DNA of 64,000 nucleotides from contig CAYZXA010000002.1 in assembly GCA_964482335.1 (NCBI GenBank), positions 586 through 64,585 on the forward strand, given 5' to 3'. Below, in pieces: positions 6,201-16,303 of the stretch (its first letter is position 1; the number at the start of each line of letters is the position of its first letter). The notes beneath the pieces were generated by a model, which was given only the letters and a program-made list of their open reading frames with translations, did no database searches and was not told where the DNA came from. This DNA comes from an uncultured Candidatus Saccharibacteria bacterium. Lineage in GTDB: Bacteria; Patescibacteriota; Minisyncoccia; Minisyncoccales; MHMH01. The position numbers and the translations under genes are program-made.

Positions 6201-8672
6201 TCAAAAGCCATCAAAAAAGTCAATAACAGCAGCAAAAATTTGCTTCAACCAAATAATTGGCGGTATTTCTTTATACTCTGGTAAAGGTAATTGAGCAGTA
6301 AGCTCTTGTTCGTCTGATTCACAAGAGTATGGCACTGCATCTGTCACTTTGAGCTTAATCTTGTTAGTTGAACTTAAGAACTTAATGTGTGGTTCTTCTG
6401 AAGTAGGACCTGTCTCATCAGCATATTGTTCCTCACCTTCGGTCACTGTCCAGAAATAGTTAACGTTCTCTTCTTCAGGATCAAAGACAACTACTTCTCC
6501 CTGGGTAGGACTCTCTGGCAGCCAGCTGAAGCCAGACCAGGGATAGGCATGCAAGGGAGTGGTAAAAGGATAAGCGTTTGACCATTCTGACCAATTACCT
6601 TGGTCATCTTTTACTTTTACTTTCCAATAATAGGTATTGTTCCAAGAAAGCTCTGTTAGCCAGTCTGAATTGTCATCATGAGATAAGGTTAAAACATAAG
6701 AGGTAGCACCAAGGTTAACTAAATGATTGAATTTTGGGTCAGCAAAACTAGCATCAACATCCACCCAGATTTCATAGCCAGCTTGAGGATCTGAATTTGG
6801 ATCAGAGTAGGTCCAGTTAAAAATAGGTATGCTTTTGTTTTTAAATGAGCAGTTGTTCCAATCTACTCCCTGACCACTGCCGTTGCCACCTCCTCCACCA
6901 CCTGTAGCTTCAGGTGTGTTAGGAGGTTGATTACAATCTGCACCTGTTGAACACTGGTTTGAAGGACAAGAAGCAGAGGCAGAGCAAGAATCCCAAGTAC
7001 AATCACTCTGGCAGGTTTGAGAACCAGTATCAGTAATGGTACCAACTAGACATTGACTACCGCTACAATAAGTATAGGAGCAACTGTCCGAACAAGATTG
7101 GATAGAATCTGGGGAACATGCTCCCTCACCAGTACAAGAACCCCAGGACACAGGCCAGGTACAATCTGATTGACAGGTTCTTGATTGAGTTCCGCAATTG
7201 CCACAGTCTTGAGATTGGATAGAATCTGGGGAACATGCTCCCTCACCAGTACAAGAACCCCAGGACACAGGCCAGGTACAATCTGATTGACAGGTTCTTG
7301 ATTGAGTTCCGCAATTGCCACAGTCTTGAGATTGAGTAGAATCCGGAGAACAAGCACCTTGGAGAATACAAGAACCCCAAGAATCCCAGGTACAATCTGA
7401 CTGACAGGTTCTGAATTGGGTTCCGCAATTGCCACAGCCTTGAGATTGGATAGAATCTGGGGAACAAGCACCTTGGAGAATACAAGAACCCCAAGAATCC
7501 CAAGTACAATCTGACTGACAGGTTCTGAATTGGGTTCCGCAATTGCCACAGTCTTGAGATTGGATAGAATCTGCAATACACGGTGCCCCACAGGCTACAC
7601 TACAGTTTTCAGTAGAATAATCACATTGACAGATATCAAAATTACAACTACCATTGTAATATTTTGTATATTCCACACATTTATCAGGACAATAATCAGT
7701 CGCTCCACCCTCACACTCTGCTCCACACCCTGTATGACAATATGACGGTCCCCAGCCCCAACAATTTGGCCAACTACAAGTACAGCTACAATACACCATA
7801 AAAGAGCCATCGCACCAAGTAGTGTCTGGTGGACAACCTCCAAGCCAACAGGTCTCGTCACAATAAGTACTGCAGTCGTACTGGCCTTCGCCCGAAGGCG
7901 GATCAGGACCAGAAATACATTCTCCATCAACACAAGTCCAGCCTTCTGGGCACGAAGTACCAATAGCCTCTCTTGACTCGTCTGGTTTTCCTTCATCTGT
8001 ACCACAATTATTTGAATCAGTACAAGTTCGAGTTTGGGTAAAGGACGTGCCGCAAGATTTAATAATAGGAGACGGCAACCAAGTAGTGCATGACCAAATA
8101 GGGTTACAGGCTGGGGCACAAGAACCTCCAGAGCAGTAACCTGAATCACATAAGCTTGTACAGCTGTCATCGTTGTAATAATACTGGGTTACATTGAGTT
8201 TACACCCCCCTCCACTATAACAAGTATACCAGCTATGATAGTAATAACCTTGGCAGGCGACTGAAGAACATATGTCGCTTGTCCAGTCGCTTGAACAGGA
8301 TTCAGAGTAGGCTGTGCATTGAGTCTCATAATAGCCATCAACTTCGCAGGATTCCCAATAGCCTTCAACTTCACAGGATTCCCAATGTTCATTGGTAAAA
8401 TAATAGCAGTCATCCCAATACCACTCATCAAGCCAGGCAAAATACACCCATTTACCACCATCGCATTGAAAGGGAACCCAGTTACATTCATCGTCAGTAT
8501 AGCCAGGAACCCAGTTACATTCATCGTCAGTATAGCCAGGAACCCAAACCTCTTCACATTCCTCCCAAGAGCAGGTAAGAGCCTGGGCCGATTGAGCAAA
8601 AATAAAAATCCCACCCACAACAATGAGACCTAAAAATAAACCTTTTAAATATAAAGAAAGAGAAATTCTCAC
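6201..8672 (-). CDS. Giant secreted Cys-rich repeat protein with C-terminal FN3-like and PKD-like domains
   Basis: 823 aa with a GTG start and a signal peptide ending ..FAQSAQA. By my hand count there are about 80 Cys in residues 31-580. It has four and a half 38-39 aa repeats [32 protein letters not shown]. The C-terminus carries YEIWVD...GNWSEWS (FN3-like WSxWS) followed by an Ig/PKD-like segment. Confidence 0.9.
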   Translation of the reverse strand: MRISLSLYLKGLFLGLIVVGGIFIFAQSAQALTCSWEECEEVWVPGYTDDECNWVPGYTDDECNWVPFQCDGGKWVYFAWLDEWYWDDCYYFTNEHWESCEVEGYWESCEVDGYYETQCTAYSESCSSDWTSDICSSVACQGYYYHSWYTCYSGGGCKLNVTQYYYNDDSCTSLCDSGYCSGGSCAPACNPIWSCTTWLPSPIIKSCGTSFTQTRTCTDSNNCGTDEGKPDESREAIGTSCPEGWTCVDGECISGPDPPSGEGQYDCSTYCDETCWLGGCPPDTTWCDGSFMVYCSCTCSWPNCWGWGPSYCHTGCGAECEGGATDYCPDKCVEYTKYYNGSCNFDICQCDYSTENCSVACGAPCIADSIQSQDCGNCGTQFRTCQSDCTWDSWGSCILQGACSPDSIQSQGCGNCGTQFRTCQSDCTWDSWGSCILQGACSPDSTQSQDCGNCGTQSRTCQSDCTWPVSWGSCTGEGACSPDSIQSQDCGNCGTQSRTCQSDCTWPVSWGSCTGEGACSPDSIQSCSDSCSYTYCSGSQCLVGTITDTGSQTCQSDCTWDSCSASASCPSNQCSTGADCNQPPNTPEATGGGGGGNGSGQGVDWNNCSFKNKSIPIFNWTYSDPNSDPQAGYEIWVDVDASFADPKFNHLVNLGATSYVLTLSHDDNSDWLTELSWNNTYYWKVKVKDDQGNWSEWSNAYPFTTPLHAYPWSGFSWLPESPTQGEVVVFDPEEENVNYFWTVTEGEEQYADETGPTSEEPHIKFLSSTNKIKLKVTDAVPYSCESDEQELTAQLPLPEYKEIPPIIWLKQIFAAVIDFFDGF
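7092..7586 (-). repeat. In-frame tandem 114-117 bp coding repeats (4 full + 1 partial)
   Basis: These are protein residues 363-527. Neighbouring units are nearly identical at the DNA level. Confidence 0.9.
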
Positions 8673-8706
8673 TTTAGTTTAAAAATATTTTAATATATCT
8701 TTAGCT

Positions 8707-9132
8707 TTAAGGCAAAACTACCATTTCTATTCCTTCCAGAGAGCCGTCTGCTTTTAATTCACAGACAATATTAACTCGGTCTCCAATCTTTATTTCTTCA
8801 AATTCTATTTCTTCTGTTTCTACTGCTTGAGAAGCTTCAGTTTCTCCTTCTGTTGACGATAGCCGATTAATCGTTATTTCTTCTTTAATTAAAACAGTGA
8901 AGGTGTCTTCTTGATTACTTAGGGTTAAGCTTTGACCAGATATTTTTGTTACGTCACCGAAGGCAAAAGCATTTAGTCTGGTGATTACTTTTGACTCTAT
9001 TAAATCAGCTAGAGGTCCCTCTGTTTTAGTTCCTGCAATTTCTTTTTGCCCAGAAAGAAAACCGTAACCATAGCCTAGTCCCAACAAGATTAAACCGCCA
9101 ATAATTAGGAAAATTAAATTATTTTTCTGCAT
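8707..9132 (-). CDS. Membrane-anchored small beta-domain protein (DUF5666-like), paralog
   Basis: 141 aa with a TM anchor. It has GDVTKISGQSLTLSN.. and ends EFEEIKIGDRVNIVCELKADGSLEGIEMVVLP. Confidence 0.8.
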   Translation of the reverse strand: MQKNNLIFLIIGGLILLGLGYGYGFLSGQKEIAGTKTEGPLADLIESKVITRLNAFAFGDVTKISGQSLTLSNQEDTFTVLIKEEITINRLSSTEGETEASQAVETEEIEFEEIKIGDRVNIVCELKADGSLEGIEMVVLP

Positions 9133-9287
9133 TTTAATTTAAATTGAAATTTATTTTTCCGACCTTTTAAGTTTTTGGGGCACCGTCCAATAAAAATATA
9201 ACAAGAATTACAAAAAAGATATTTTTAACAGCTTTCTTCGCTATAAAGTCTATAAAATAAATACAAAATTACTTCAATATCTTTCTA

Positions 9288-9698
9288 TTAAGGAAGAATG
9301 GATACCATCGTTCCTTCTAGCCCACCATCTGATTTTATTTCGATTGAAATACTAATTTTATTACCAACCATGATGTCCTCAAAATTTATTTCTTGAGTTT
9401 CGCCTCTTTTTGTTTCTTCGTTTAAAACAAAACGGTTAATTAAAGCGTCCTCTTTTATGGGAATTGACAAAATATCGTTCTCATAATTTAAGGTTAAGGT
9501 TCTATTTGAAATTTTCGTTACATCCCCCATGGCCAGAGCTCTTAAATTCTGGATCACTTTTGATTTTTTTACCATTATGAAATCTTCTTTGGTTTTGTTA
9601 GAAATCTGCTGCTGCTGAATTGATCCTAATATATATCCTCCTCCTAAACCTATTATCAAAGAAAGAATAATAGCAATAATTAAATTTTTTTTGAACAT
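9288..9698 (-). CDS. Membrane-anchored small beta-domain protein (DUF5666-like), paralog
   Basis: 136 aa with a TM anchor. It has GDVTKISNRTLTLNY.. and ends NFEDIMVGNKISISIEIKSDGGLEGTMVSILP. Confidence 0.8.
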   Translation of the reverse strand: MFKKNLIIAIILSLIIGLGGGYILGSIQQQQISNKTKEDFIMVKKSKVIQNLRALAMGDVTKISNRTLTLNYENDILSIPIKEDALINRFVLNEETKRGETQEINFEDIMVGNKISISIEIKSDGGLEGTMVSILP

Positions 9699-9828
9699 AG
9701 AATTTACTAAAAATTAATCTTATCTATCAACGACCTTGATTGCTTTATAATAGCACATTTAGATTAATAATAAAAAGGGCCTATCTCTTTTGAGTAGACC
9801 CCTTTAACTGACTTTTAAGTTTTGCTTG

Positions 9829-10719
9829 CTAATCGCGAGGGAAAATGTCTATTTCTGTGCCCTCAAGTCTTTTATCCTCTGTAAAACTAGCGATGATAGT
9901 AATGCTGTCTCCTGCTTGGACTTCTTCGAAGTTTACCTCGGTTCTGGAACCAGAAGAACGGACCAAAAGCCTTACGAGAGAATCTTCTCTTATAAAAATA
10001 TCTAATTTTTCACCATCTCTCAATAAACTTAATGTCCGACCATTAATTTCCTCAACCGTTCCGTTTAGTCCAGCAGTCCAAGATATTGATAATGTTGATC
10101 TCTCCGATTCTTCCAGTTTTTCCAGTTCTCGCTTGTCCCAGACTGTTATGATCGCTTCAGGTTCCATGTTATCATGCTCTTGCCACCTAGCATAAACTTC
10201 TACAACGTCACCAATTTGGAGATCTTCGAATTCTATTTCTCTATATTTGGAAGTAACTCTTCCCTCACCAATTTCAACCGGAACAGCCTTAGTGATTTTT
10301 GTAACTGTGCCTGCTATTAGTTCAAATTCCTCATCCCCTATTTTCTCCTTGTTAAAAGAGACCAGAGTCAAGGTATAATCTGAAATATCGGTAATGATTA
10401 AATTCTCAAAGTGTATTGTCCACATCCAGATTAATCCTGATTGAATAAAATTACTGGTATCTAGGAGTTGGCTTACATCAAGTTGATAAGGCTTCACTTC
10501 TGGCTCTTCTTCTCCTGCCTGATAAGCTCGGTAACCCTCAATATAACCGTTTTCCTTGCCTTCTTCATAGCCTACGGCCAAACCCTCATTATAGCCATCA
10601 TTATGACCTGCCTGAAACCCAACATCATACTGTTCAGCGCCTCTCTGGTATCCAAAATAGAAACCAGCACCTCCTGCAACAAAAACCAATACCACTAACA
10701 AAATTATAATCTTTCTCAT
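9829..10719 (-). CDS. Membrane-anchored protein with two tandem DUF5666-like beta-domains
   Basis: 296 aa with a TM anchor. The family C-terminal motif occurs twice (EFEDLQIGDVVEVYA.. and NFEEVQAGDSITIIASFTEDKRLEGTEIDIFP). Confidence 0.8.
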   Translation of the reverse strand: MRKIIILLVVLVFVAGGAGFYFGYQRGAEQYDVGFQAGHNDGYNEGLAVGYEEGKENGYIEGYRAYQAGEEEPEVKPYQLDVSQLLDTSNFIQSGLIWMWTIHFENLIITDISDYTLTLVSFNKEKIGDEEFELIAGTVTKITKAVPVEIGEGRVTSKYREIEFEDLQIGDVVEVYARWQEHDNMEPEAIITVWDKRELEKLEESERSTLSISWTAGLNGTVEEINGRTLSLLRDGEKLDIFIREDSLVRLLVRSSGSRTEVNFEEVQAGDSITIIASFTEDKRLEGTEIDIFPRD

Positions 10720-10762
10720 TTCTCTCTCCTTTTTTTGTACTTAATGTACTATTCTTTGTCTT

Positions 10763-10791
10763 AGTTTAGCATATTTTTCCACTTTTGTCAA
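10763..10791 (-). promoter_or_regulatory. Sigma70-like promoter TTGACA-N17-TAAACT, copy 2 of the duplicated cassette
   Basis: Same architecture as 6097..6125, upstream of ATG 10719. Confidence 0.55.
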
Positions 10792-10793
10792 GT

Positions 10794-10827
10794 CAAACAA
10801 AAACTCAGCTACTAGTTAGTGGCTGAG
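10794..10827 (-). terminator. Intrinsic terminator after clpP, copy 2 of the duplicated cassette
   Basis: On the minus strand the hairpin CTCAGCCACTAACTAGTAGCTGAG is followed by TTTTTGTTTG. Confidence 0.6.
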
Positions 10828-10853
10828 TTACGGATAAGCAAATCAGGCTTAAT

Positions 10854-11438
10854 TTACTCTTTGGCTTTAATTACCTTGTCAATAATGCCGTACTCTTTAG
10901 CTTCTTCAGCTGTAAGATAAAAATCACGGTCAGTGTCTTTGCTAATTTTTTCTAAAGACTGGCTAGTATGCTTGGCCAAAATCTTGTTCAATCTCTCTTT
11001 TATCTTAATAATCTGCTTGGCAGTAATTTCTATTTCAACTGCCTCTCCGCTCACCCCGCCGGCCACCTGGTGCAATAAAATCTGGGAGTTGGGCAAAGCA
11101 AACCTTTTCCCCTTCTCCCCTGCTGCCAACAACGTAGCCCCCATGGAAGCTGCAGATCCAACACAGACAGTAGAAATAGGACACTTAACATACTGCATGG
11201 TATCATAAATAGCCATGCCAGCTGTGACTGAACCGCCAGGCGTATTAATATACAACTGAATGTCTTTTTTCGGATCTTGGGAGGCTAAAAAGAGCATTTG
11301 AGCAATAATGGAATTTGCCACCACATCGCTTATCGGACCAGCCAAAAAAACAATCCTGTCCTTTAGGAGCCTTGAATAAATATCATAGGCTCTTTCGCCA
11401 TGTTGTGATTTTTCAATAACGGTAGGTATTAAGTTCAT
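10854..11438 (-). CDS. clpP: ATP-dependent Clp protease proteolytic subunit
   Basis: 194 aa with the ClpP-typical [18 protein letters not shown] and active-site region [13 protein letters not shown]. Confidence 0.95.
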   Translation of the reverse strand: MNLIPTVIEKSQHGERAYDIYSRLLKDRIVFLAGPISDVVANSIIAQMLFLASQDPKKDIQLYINTPGGSVTAGMAIYDTMQYVKCPISTVCVGSAASMGATLLAAGEKGKRFALPNSQILLHQVAGGVSGEAVEIEITAKQIIKIKERLNKILAKHTSQSLEKISKDTDRDFYLTAEEAKEYGIIDKVIKAKE

Positions 11439-12295
11439 AGGTTTTCTAATAATTGTAAGATTTTTTCATTCTTTAAGACGCTTTCACCATACTCTTTTAA
11501 TTGATTTTTATCAAGAGCAGAATTCATCTGAGAAATCTTCTGCATCTCTGCTTCAAGTTCTTTTTCATCCACTTTAACATCCTCTTTCCTTTCAATTTCT
11601 CTCAAAACCAAGGAGTTCTTGACTCTTTTTTTAGCTTCCTCCAAAAAAGAATCTAATAAGTCTTTCTCTGTCTTCTGTATTTTCTTTAAATATTCCTCAA
11701 AAGAAATATGGAGCATTTGAGGAACCTGCTGCTTAATGTTCTCCATCATTCTTTTTTGTTCGCTTTCTATCAAGACCTGGGGGGTATCTATTTGAGATTC
11801 TTCAGCTATTTTCTCTAAAATCTCGTTTCTCAGTCTTTCTTTTTCAACTCTTTCTTTCTCCTGCTTTAATCTGGCAATTTCTTCATCATTCACTTTCACC
11901 TCCCGTTTTTTCACCTGAGAGGCAATTTTTTTGTAGTCCGGCAGCTTGATCTCCGGTAAAATAGATATCTTTGCTTTAAACTCAAAAGAATTCCCTGGAG
12001 CTAATTTCAAAATCTCAATTTCTGGCTGGCCCAAAGGCTCTAAGTTTTGCTCTTTGATTGCTTTAATATAATTTTCCCTAATGCATTCTTGAGCTGCTGT
12101 CTGTAAAATCTTTTCCTGTCCTGTCTTTTTTTCAATTACTTCTTTTGGAGCTTTGCCCTTACGGAAACCTTCGACCTCAATATCTTGACCTAAATTCAAA
12201 ATAGCTTTTTCCATAAAGCTTTTAAATTCTTCGGCCGGAATCTCAATTTTTAATTCGAGTTGTGAGCTATTAAGTTTTTGAACAGTTGTTTTCAT
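11435..12295 (-). CDS. tig: Trigger factor, short form
   Basis: 286 aa with the ribosome-binding signature GFRKGKAP near the N-terminus and a helical C-terminal region. It appears to lack the central PPIase domain of canonical ~430-aa trigger factors. Confidence 0.8.
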   Translation of the reverse strand: MKTTVQKLNSSQLELKIEIPAEEFKSFMEKAILNLGQDIEVEGFRKGKAPKEVIEKKTGQEKILQTAAQECIRENYIKAIKEQNLEPLGQPEIEILKLAPGNSFEFKAKISILPEIKLPDYKKIASQVKKREVKVNDEEIARLKQEKERVEKERLRNEILEKIAEESQIDTPQVLIESEQKRMMENIKQQVPQMLHISFEEYLKKIQKTEKDLLDSFLEEAKKRVKNSLVLREIERKEDVKVDEKELEAEMQKISQMNSALDKNQLKEYGESVLKNEKILQLLENL

Positions 12296-12296
12296 A

Positions 12297-12325
12297 TTGA
12301 CTTTTAATGTAAATTATAATATAAT
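12297..12325 (+). promoter_or_regulatory. Sigma70-like promoter TTGACT-N17-TATAAT
   Basis: Read directly from the sequence. It is followed by the RBS AAGGAGGTG and ATG 12365. Confidence 0.6.
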
Positions 12326-12364
12326 CAAGAAGTTAAGTACTTTTACATTTTAAGGAGGTGATAA

Positions 12365-12910
12365 ATGAAAAGAATTTTCCTAGCTGGCTCCACAGTATTT
12401 TTAATGCTTGGACTTGTCTGGCTCATTTTTAAATTAGTGGTGATAGACTCGCTGACCTATGTTTTCCGACCTCTTATTCTGTTATTTGCGGGAGAAAATC
12501 TGGTTATCCCAATAACTATCGCTCTCACCCTTATATTGGTCTTCGCTGTTGGACTTTTTGCCTCTCGTATTAAATTTCAGAAAATTGTTAATAAGTATTT
12601 CGAAAGAATGCTTCCCGGGGGAAAACACGGGGTTTTAGTAGAGAAGTCCGACGGTGTTTATGATTTAGCAGTCGTCATCAAGAAAATAACACTTCTAAGA
12701 TTGATTGGGGGAGAGCAAACACTTTATCTCTTATTCTATCCGTCCATCCCTTTTGTTTGGACTAGCGGATTACCGATTGGTCTGGCCAGAGAAGATAAAT
12801 TAACTCCAATCTCAAGCTCCATATGGGAAATCTACACCACAATTGCCACTTATGGCAGAAATGCTCCAGCTGTATTAGAAGAAATAGAAAATAAGAAAGA
12901 CACCGAGTGA
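12365..12910 (+). CDS. Two-TM membrane protein, possibly DUF502-like
   Basis: 181 aa with a strong RBS and two N-terminal TM helices followed by a soluble domain. The family call is weak. Confidence 0.6.
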   Translation: MKRIFLAGSTVFLMLGLVWLIFKLVVIDSLTYVFRPLILLFAGENLVIPITIALTLILVFAVGLFASRIKFQKIVNKYFERMLPGGKHGVLVEKSDGVYDLAVVIKKITLLRLIGGEQTLYLLFYPSIPFVWTSGLPIGLAREDKLTPISSSIWEIYTTIATYGRNAPAVLEEIENKKDTE

Positions 12911-12923
12911 ATCTCGGTGTTTT

Positions 12924-14906
12924 TTATATTAAAAAACCAACAATTAAAAGAGCAACAATATTCAATACTTTTATCATCGGGTTAATGGCAGGACCTGCTG
13001 TATCTTTATATGGGTCCCCTACCGTATCTCCTGTCACTGCTGCCTGATGGGCTAAACTGCCCTTGCCTCCCAGATTGCCATCTTCAATATATTTCTTAGC
13101 ATTGTCCCAAGCAGCTCCTCCAGAAGTCATAGAAATAGCCACAAAAACACCAGTAATAATACTGCCGATTAAAAGTCCGCCAAGAGCTTCCGGACCCAAA
13201 ATAAAGCCAACTAAAATTGGTGCTAAAATTGGAATTAAACCTGGCACTATCATTTGTTTTAAAGCGGAACGTGTAACAATGTCAACGCATTTGCCATATT
13301 CTGGCTTAGCCTTGCCTTCCATCAAACCCTTGATTTCTCTAAATTGTCTTCTGACCTCTTTTACCACTTTGCCGGCAGTCTTTCCAACAGCTGTCATACA
13401 AAAAGAGGCAAAAAGATAAGGCAACAGTCCTCCCAAGAACAAACCGATTATTACTTTATAATTATCTAAAAGGAATAAAGCCTTGCCTCCTAAGCTTTGA
13501 ATCTCTTGAGTGTAGGCTGAAAACAAAACCAAAGCAACTAAAGCAGCTGAAGCTATGGCATAAGCTTTAGTGACTGCTTTTGTGGTATTGCCAACGGAAT
13601 CTAAAGAATCAGTTACTTCCCGAATGTTTTTTGGCAGACCCGACATTTCAGCAATACCAGAGGCATTATCAGTAATGGGTCCGTAAGAATCTAAAGCAAT
13701 AACCATCCCAGCCAGAGAAAGCATAGCTACAACACAAATAGCCAAGCCTTCTATGCCCGCTAACCAGAAACTTATTAGAATACCAAAACATACCAAAATA
13801 ACGGGTGCGGCAGTAGATTTCATGCCTACGGCTAAACCCTCAATAATATTGGTGGCATGACCGACTTGAGAAGCTTTGGCAATAGATTTGACTGGTTTAT
13901 GTTTTTTGGAAGTAAAATAATCAGTAACTAAAAACATTCCTCCAGCAACCCCAAGCCCCGTTAAGGCTGGCACATAAAGTTGCCAGAAAGAAAAATTTAA
14001 AGACGAAGCTGAATTTCTAATAATCCATAAAAAGCCGAAAGCAGATAAAAGAGCATCTGCCAAAATGCCTTTATAAAAAGCGGACATGATATTTTTCTTT
14101 TTGCCAAGCTTAACAAAAAAACTAGCCATAATAGAAGCTAAAATAGCTACAGCACCTAAATAAAGAGGCAAAGTGATAGCTATTGTTTGTCCAGGAAAAA
14201 GTATGGCCCCCAAAACCATAGCAGCCACCAATGTTACTACATATGTTTCAAAAAGGTCAGCTGCCATACCAGCACAATCGCCAACGTTATCTCCTACCTG
14301 GTCGGCAATCACGGCTGGATTTCGGGGATCATCTTCTGGAATACCTTTTTCAATCTTGCCAACCAAATCAGCTCCAACATCAGCTGCTTTAGTATAAATT
14401 CCACCACCCAATCTGCTAAAAATTGAAATCAAAGAAGCGCCAAAACCCAAAGCTATTAATGATTCCAGGTCGCCAGTTAAAATATAAAAGCCAGTTACAG
14501 CTAAAAGTCCAAGTCCCACTACCAAAAATCCAGTAACTGAGCCTCCTTGAAAGGCTAAATTTAAAGCAGGCTTCAAACCATTCTTAGCAGCTTCAGCTAC
14601 CTTAACATTGGTTTTAGTTGAAACCATCATGCCAATAAAACCAGCTAGACCTGAGAAAAGAGCACCGATTAAAAAGCCAAATCCGGCTTTAATACCAAGT
14701 AATATCCAAAGAATTAAAAATAAAAAAAGAGCGACCAGGCCAATGACCTTAAATTGTCTCTTTAAATAAGAAACGGCTCCTTCGCGGATATAATTGGAAA
14801 CAGCGACCATTTTGCCAGAGCCAGAAGAAGCTCGCTGGATTCTTTCAATTAAAAAACCAGCAAAAACTAAAGTAAAAATAGCAACAATAATAGGCAAGTA
14901 AGGCAT
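12924..14906 (-). CDS. hppA: Membrane-bound ion-translocating pyrophosphatase
   Basis: 660 aa and polytopic, with the [18 protein letters not shown] and DNAKKYIE signatures. Confidence 0.95.
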   Translation of the reverse strand: MPYLPIIVAIFTLVFAGFLIERIQRASSGSGKMVAVSNYIREGAVSYLKRQFKVIGLVALFLFLILWILLGIKAGFGFLIGALFSGLAGFIGMMVSTKTNVKVAEAAKNGLKPALNLAFQGGSVTGFLVVGLGLLAVTGFYILTGDLESLIALGFGASLISIFSRLGGGIYTKAADVGADLVGKIEKGIPEDDPRNPAVIADQVGDNVGDCAGMAADLFETYVVTLVAAMVLGAILFPGQTIAITLPLYLGAVAILASIMASFFVKLGKKKNIMSAFYKGILADALLSAFGFLWIIRNSASSLNFSFWQLYVPALTGLGVAGGMFLVTDYFTSKKHKPVKSIAKASQVGHATNIIEGLAVGMKSTAAPVILVCFGILISFWLAGIEGLAICVVAMLSLAGMVIALDSYGPITDNASGIAEMSGLPKNIREVTDSLDSVGNTTKAVTKAYAIASAALVALVLFSAYTQEIQSLGGKALFLLDNYKVIIGLFLGGLLPYLFASFCMTAVGKTAGKVVKEVRRQFREIKGLMEGKAKPEYGKCVDIVTRSALKQMIVPGLIPILAPILVGFILGPEALGGLLIGSIITGVFVAISMTSGGAAWDNAKKYIEDGNLGGKGSLAHQAAVTGDTVGDPYKDTAGPAINPMIKVLNIVALLIVGFLI

Positions 14907-14958
14907 AGGTTTTTAATTTTGAGCAAAGCGAGAAATCAAGGTTCTGCTTCGCAGATTC

Positions 14959-16158
14959 TTATTTAGACTTTTTAGTTGATTTTTTCTTTTTTGGCTCTTT
15001 TTTCTTCTCTTTGGTTTTTTCTTTTTCTTTCTTTTCCTCTTTCTCTTCTTCAGCCTTCTCTGGAGGCCTTACGTCTATTTTCCAACCAGTTAACTTAGCA
15101 GCCAGTCTAACATTTTGACCACCTTTGCCAATGGCCAAAGAAAGCTGATCTTCAGGAGTAATAACCAAGGCCTTGTTTTTGGGCATAATCTTAACTTCTA
15201 AAACCTTAGCTGGAGATAAAGAATTGGCAATATATTTTTCTGGATCCTCCTGCCATTCAATAATATCAACTTTCTCTCCGCCAAGCTCATTAATCACAGC
15301 TGTTACCCTGGTGCCTCTTTGGCCAACCATAGAGCCTATAGGGTCTACTCCTTCAACAGTTGAGCTAACAGCAATCTTTGAGCGAGAACCAGCTTCTCTG
15401 GCCACAGATTTGATGACAACAGAACCTGCTGAAACTTCAGGCACTTCTATTTCAAAAAGCTTGGAAATTATCTTAGGATAAGCCCTGGAAAGAAAAACCA
15501 CTGGCCCTTTGGATGTTTCCTCTACTTTGATAATATAAACTTTAAGTCTTTGCCCAGGACGATAAAATTCACCAGGCACTTGTTCTTCTCTTGGTAAAAT
15601 ACCTAGGGTTTTGCCAATGTCTAGAAAAACTGTTCTACCCTCAACTCTCTGTACAATGCCAGAGATAATTCCACCTTCTTTTGACTTGTACTCTGAGAAA
15701 ATAACCTCTCTTTCAGCTTCTCTAATCCTTTGCAAAATAACTTGTTTGGCTGTTTGGGCAGCGATGCGGCCATAATCTTCTTGAACCTCTAAAGGTGTTT
15801 CTAAATCCTGGCCTGGTTTTATCTTTGGATTCTTTTTCTTAGCTTCCTCTGCCATGATGTGCTTTTCTGGATTAAAACGGATTTTCCTTTCTTCGGTTTC
15901 TTCTTTCTTTTCTTTTAACTTTTCTAGCTCTTCTTCAGAATAAATCATGTTTTGATCAACCACTTGTTTTACCTGCCAAAACTTAACTTGGCCAGTCTTA
16001 GGACTAAGTTTAGCCTTAATGATTTGACCTTTTTTACCGTAGTCTTTTTTATAGGCAGCAGCAATAGCCATCTCAATAGTTCCCATGACTTTCTCTGCTG
16101 GAATGCCTTTTTCTTCAGCAATTTGGTTTATGGCTGAGGTAAAGTTTTTTATATCCAT
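14959..16158 (-). CDS. nusA: Transcription termination/antitermination factor NusA with Lys/Glu-rich tail
   Basis: 399 aa with the NusA N-terminus (AINQIAEEKGIP..AIAAAYKK), S1 and KH regions, and a basic C-terminal tail. Confidence 0.9.
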   Translation of the reverse strand: MDIKNFTSAINQIAEEKGIPAEKVMGTIEMAIAAAYKKDYGKKGQIIKAKLSPKTGQVKFWQVKQVVDQNMIYSEEELEKLKEKKEETEERKIRFNPEKHIMAEEAKKKNPKIKPGQDLETPLEVQEDYGRIAAQTAKQVILQRIREAEREVIFSEYKSKEGGIISGIVQRVEGRTVFLDIGKTLGILPREEQVPGEFYRPGQRLKVYIIKVEETSKGPVVFLSRAYPKIISKLFEIEVPEVSAGSVVIKSVAREAGSRSKIAVSSTVEGVDPIGSMVGQRGTRVTAVINELGGEKVDIIEWQEDPEKYIANSLSPAKVLEVKIMPKNKALVITPEDQLSLAIGKGGQNVRLAAKLTGWKIDVRPPEKAEEEKEEKKEKEKTKEKKKEPKKKKSTKKSK

Positions 16159-16166
16159 AATTGATT

Positions 16167-16194
16167 AAATAAAATGTCCGTTTTCAAACGGACA
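16167..16194 (-). terminator. Intrinsic terminator-like hairpin in the nusA leader (possible attenuator)
   Basis: On the minus strand TGTCCGTTTGAAAACGGACA is followed by TTTTATTT, ending 8 nt before the nusA ATG. Confidence 0.5.
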
Positions 16195-16268
16195 GAATAT
16201 TCTTGTCATTCCTAAGATTAGCCTAACAAGCTAAGATTATTTGTCAAGGGGATAACTATATTCAAATC

Positions 16269-16297
16269 TTGACAAAACTTAGCAAGGGATGTACAAT
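16269..16297 (+). promoter_or_regulatory. Sigma70-like promoter TTGACA-N17-TACAAT driving the unknown sRNA
   Basis: The -35 element is at 16269..16274 and the -10 at 16292..16297. The -35 is one arm of a perfect 8-bp inverted repeat (TTGTCAAG 16241..16248 / CTTGACAA 16268..16275). Confidence 0.6.
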
Positions 16298-16303
16298 ATA
16301 ACA

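Noticed and set aside
6863-8633. Track ORFs nested in the 823-aa gene (6863..7045, 7046..7591, 7243..7581, 7595..8170, 8189..8623, 7530..7745+, 8319..8633+)
   Set aside because: These are shadow frames of a long repeat-rich gene. Stop codons are depleted in all frames by the biased composition.
1-10719. The accessory island as a prophage, transposon or integrative element
   Set aside because: I found no integrase, transposase, terminal inverted repeats or phage structural genes. The duplications look like local paralog expansion.
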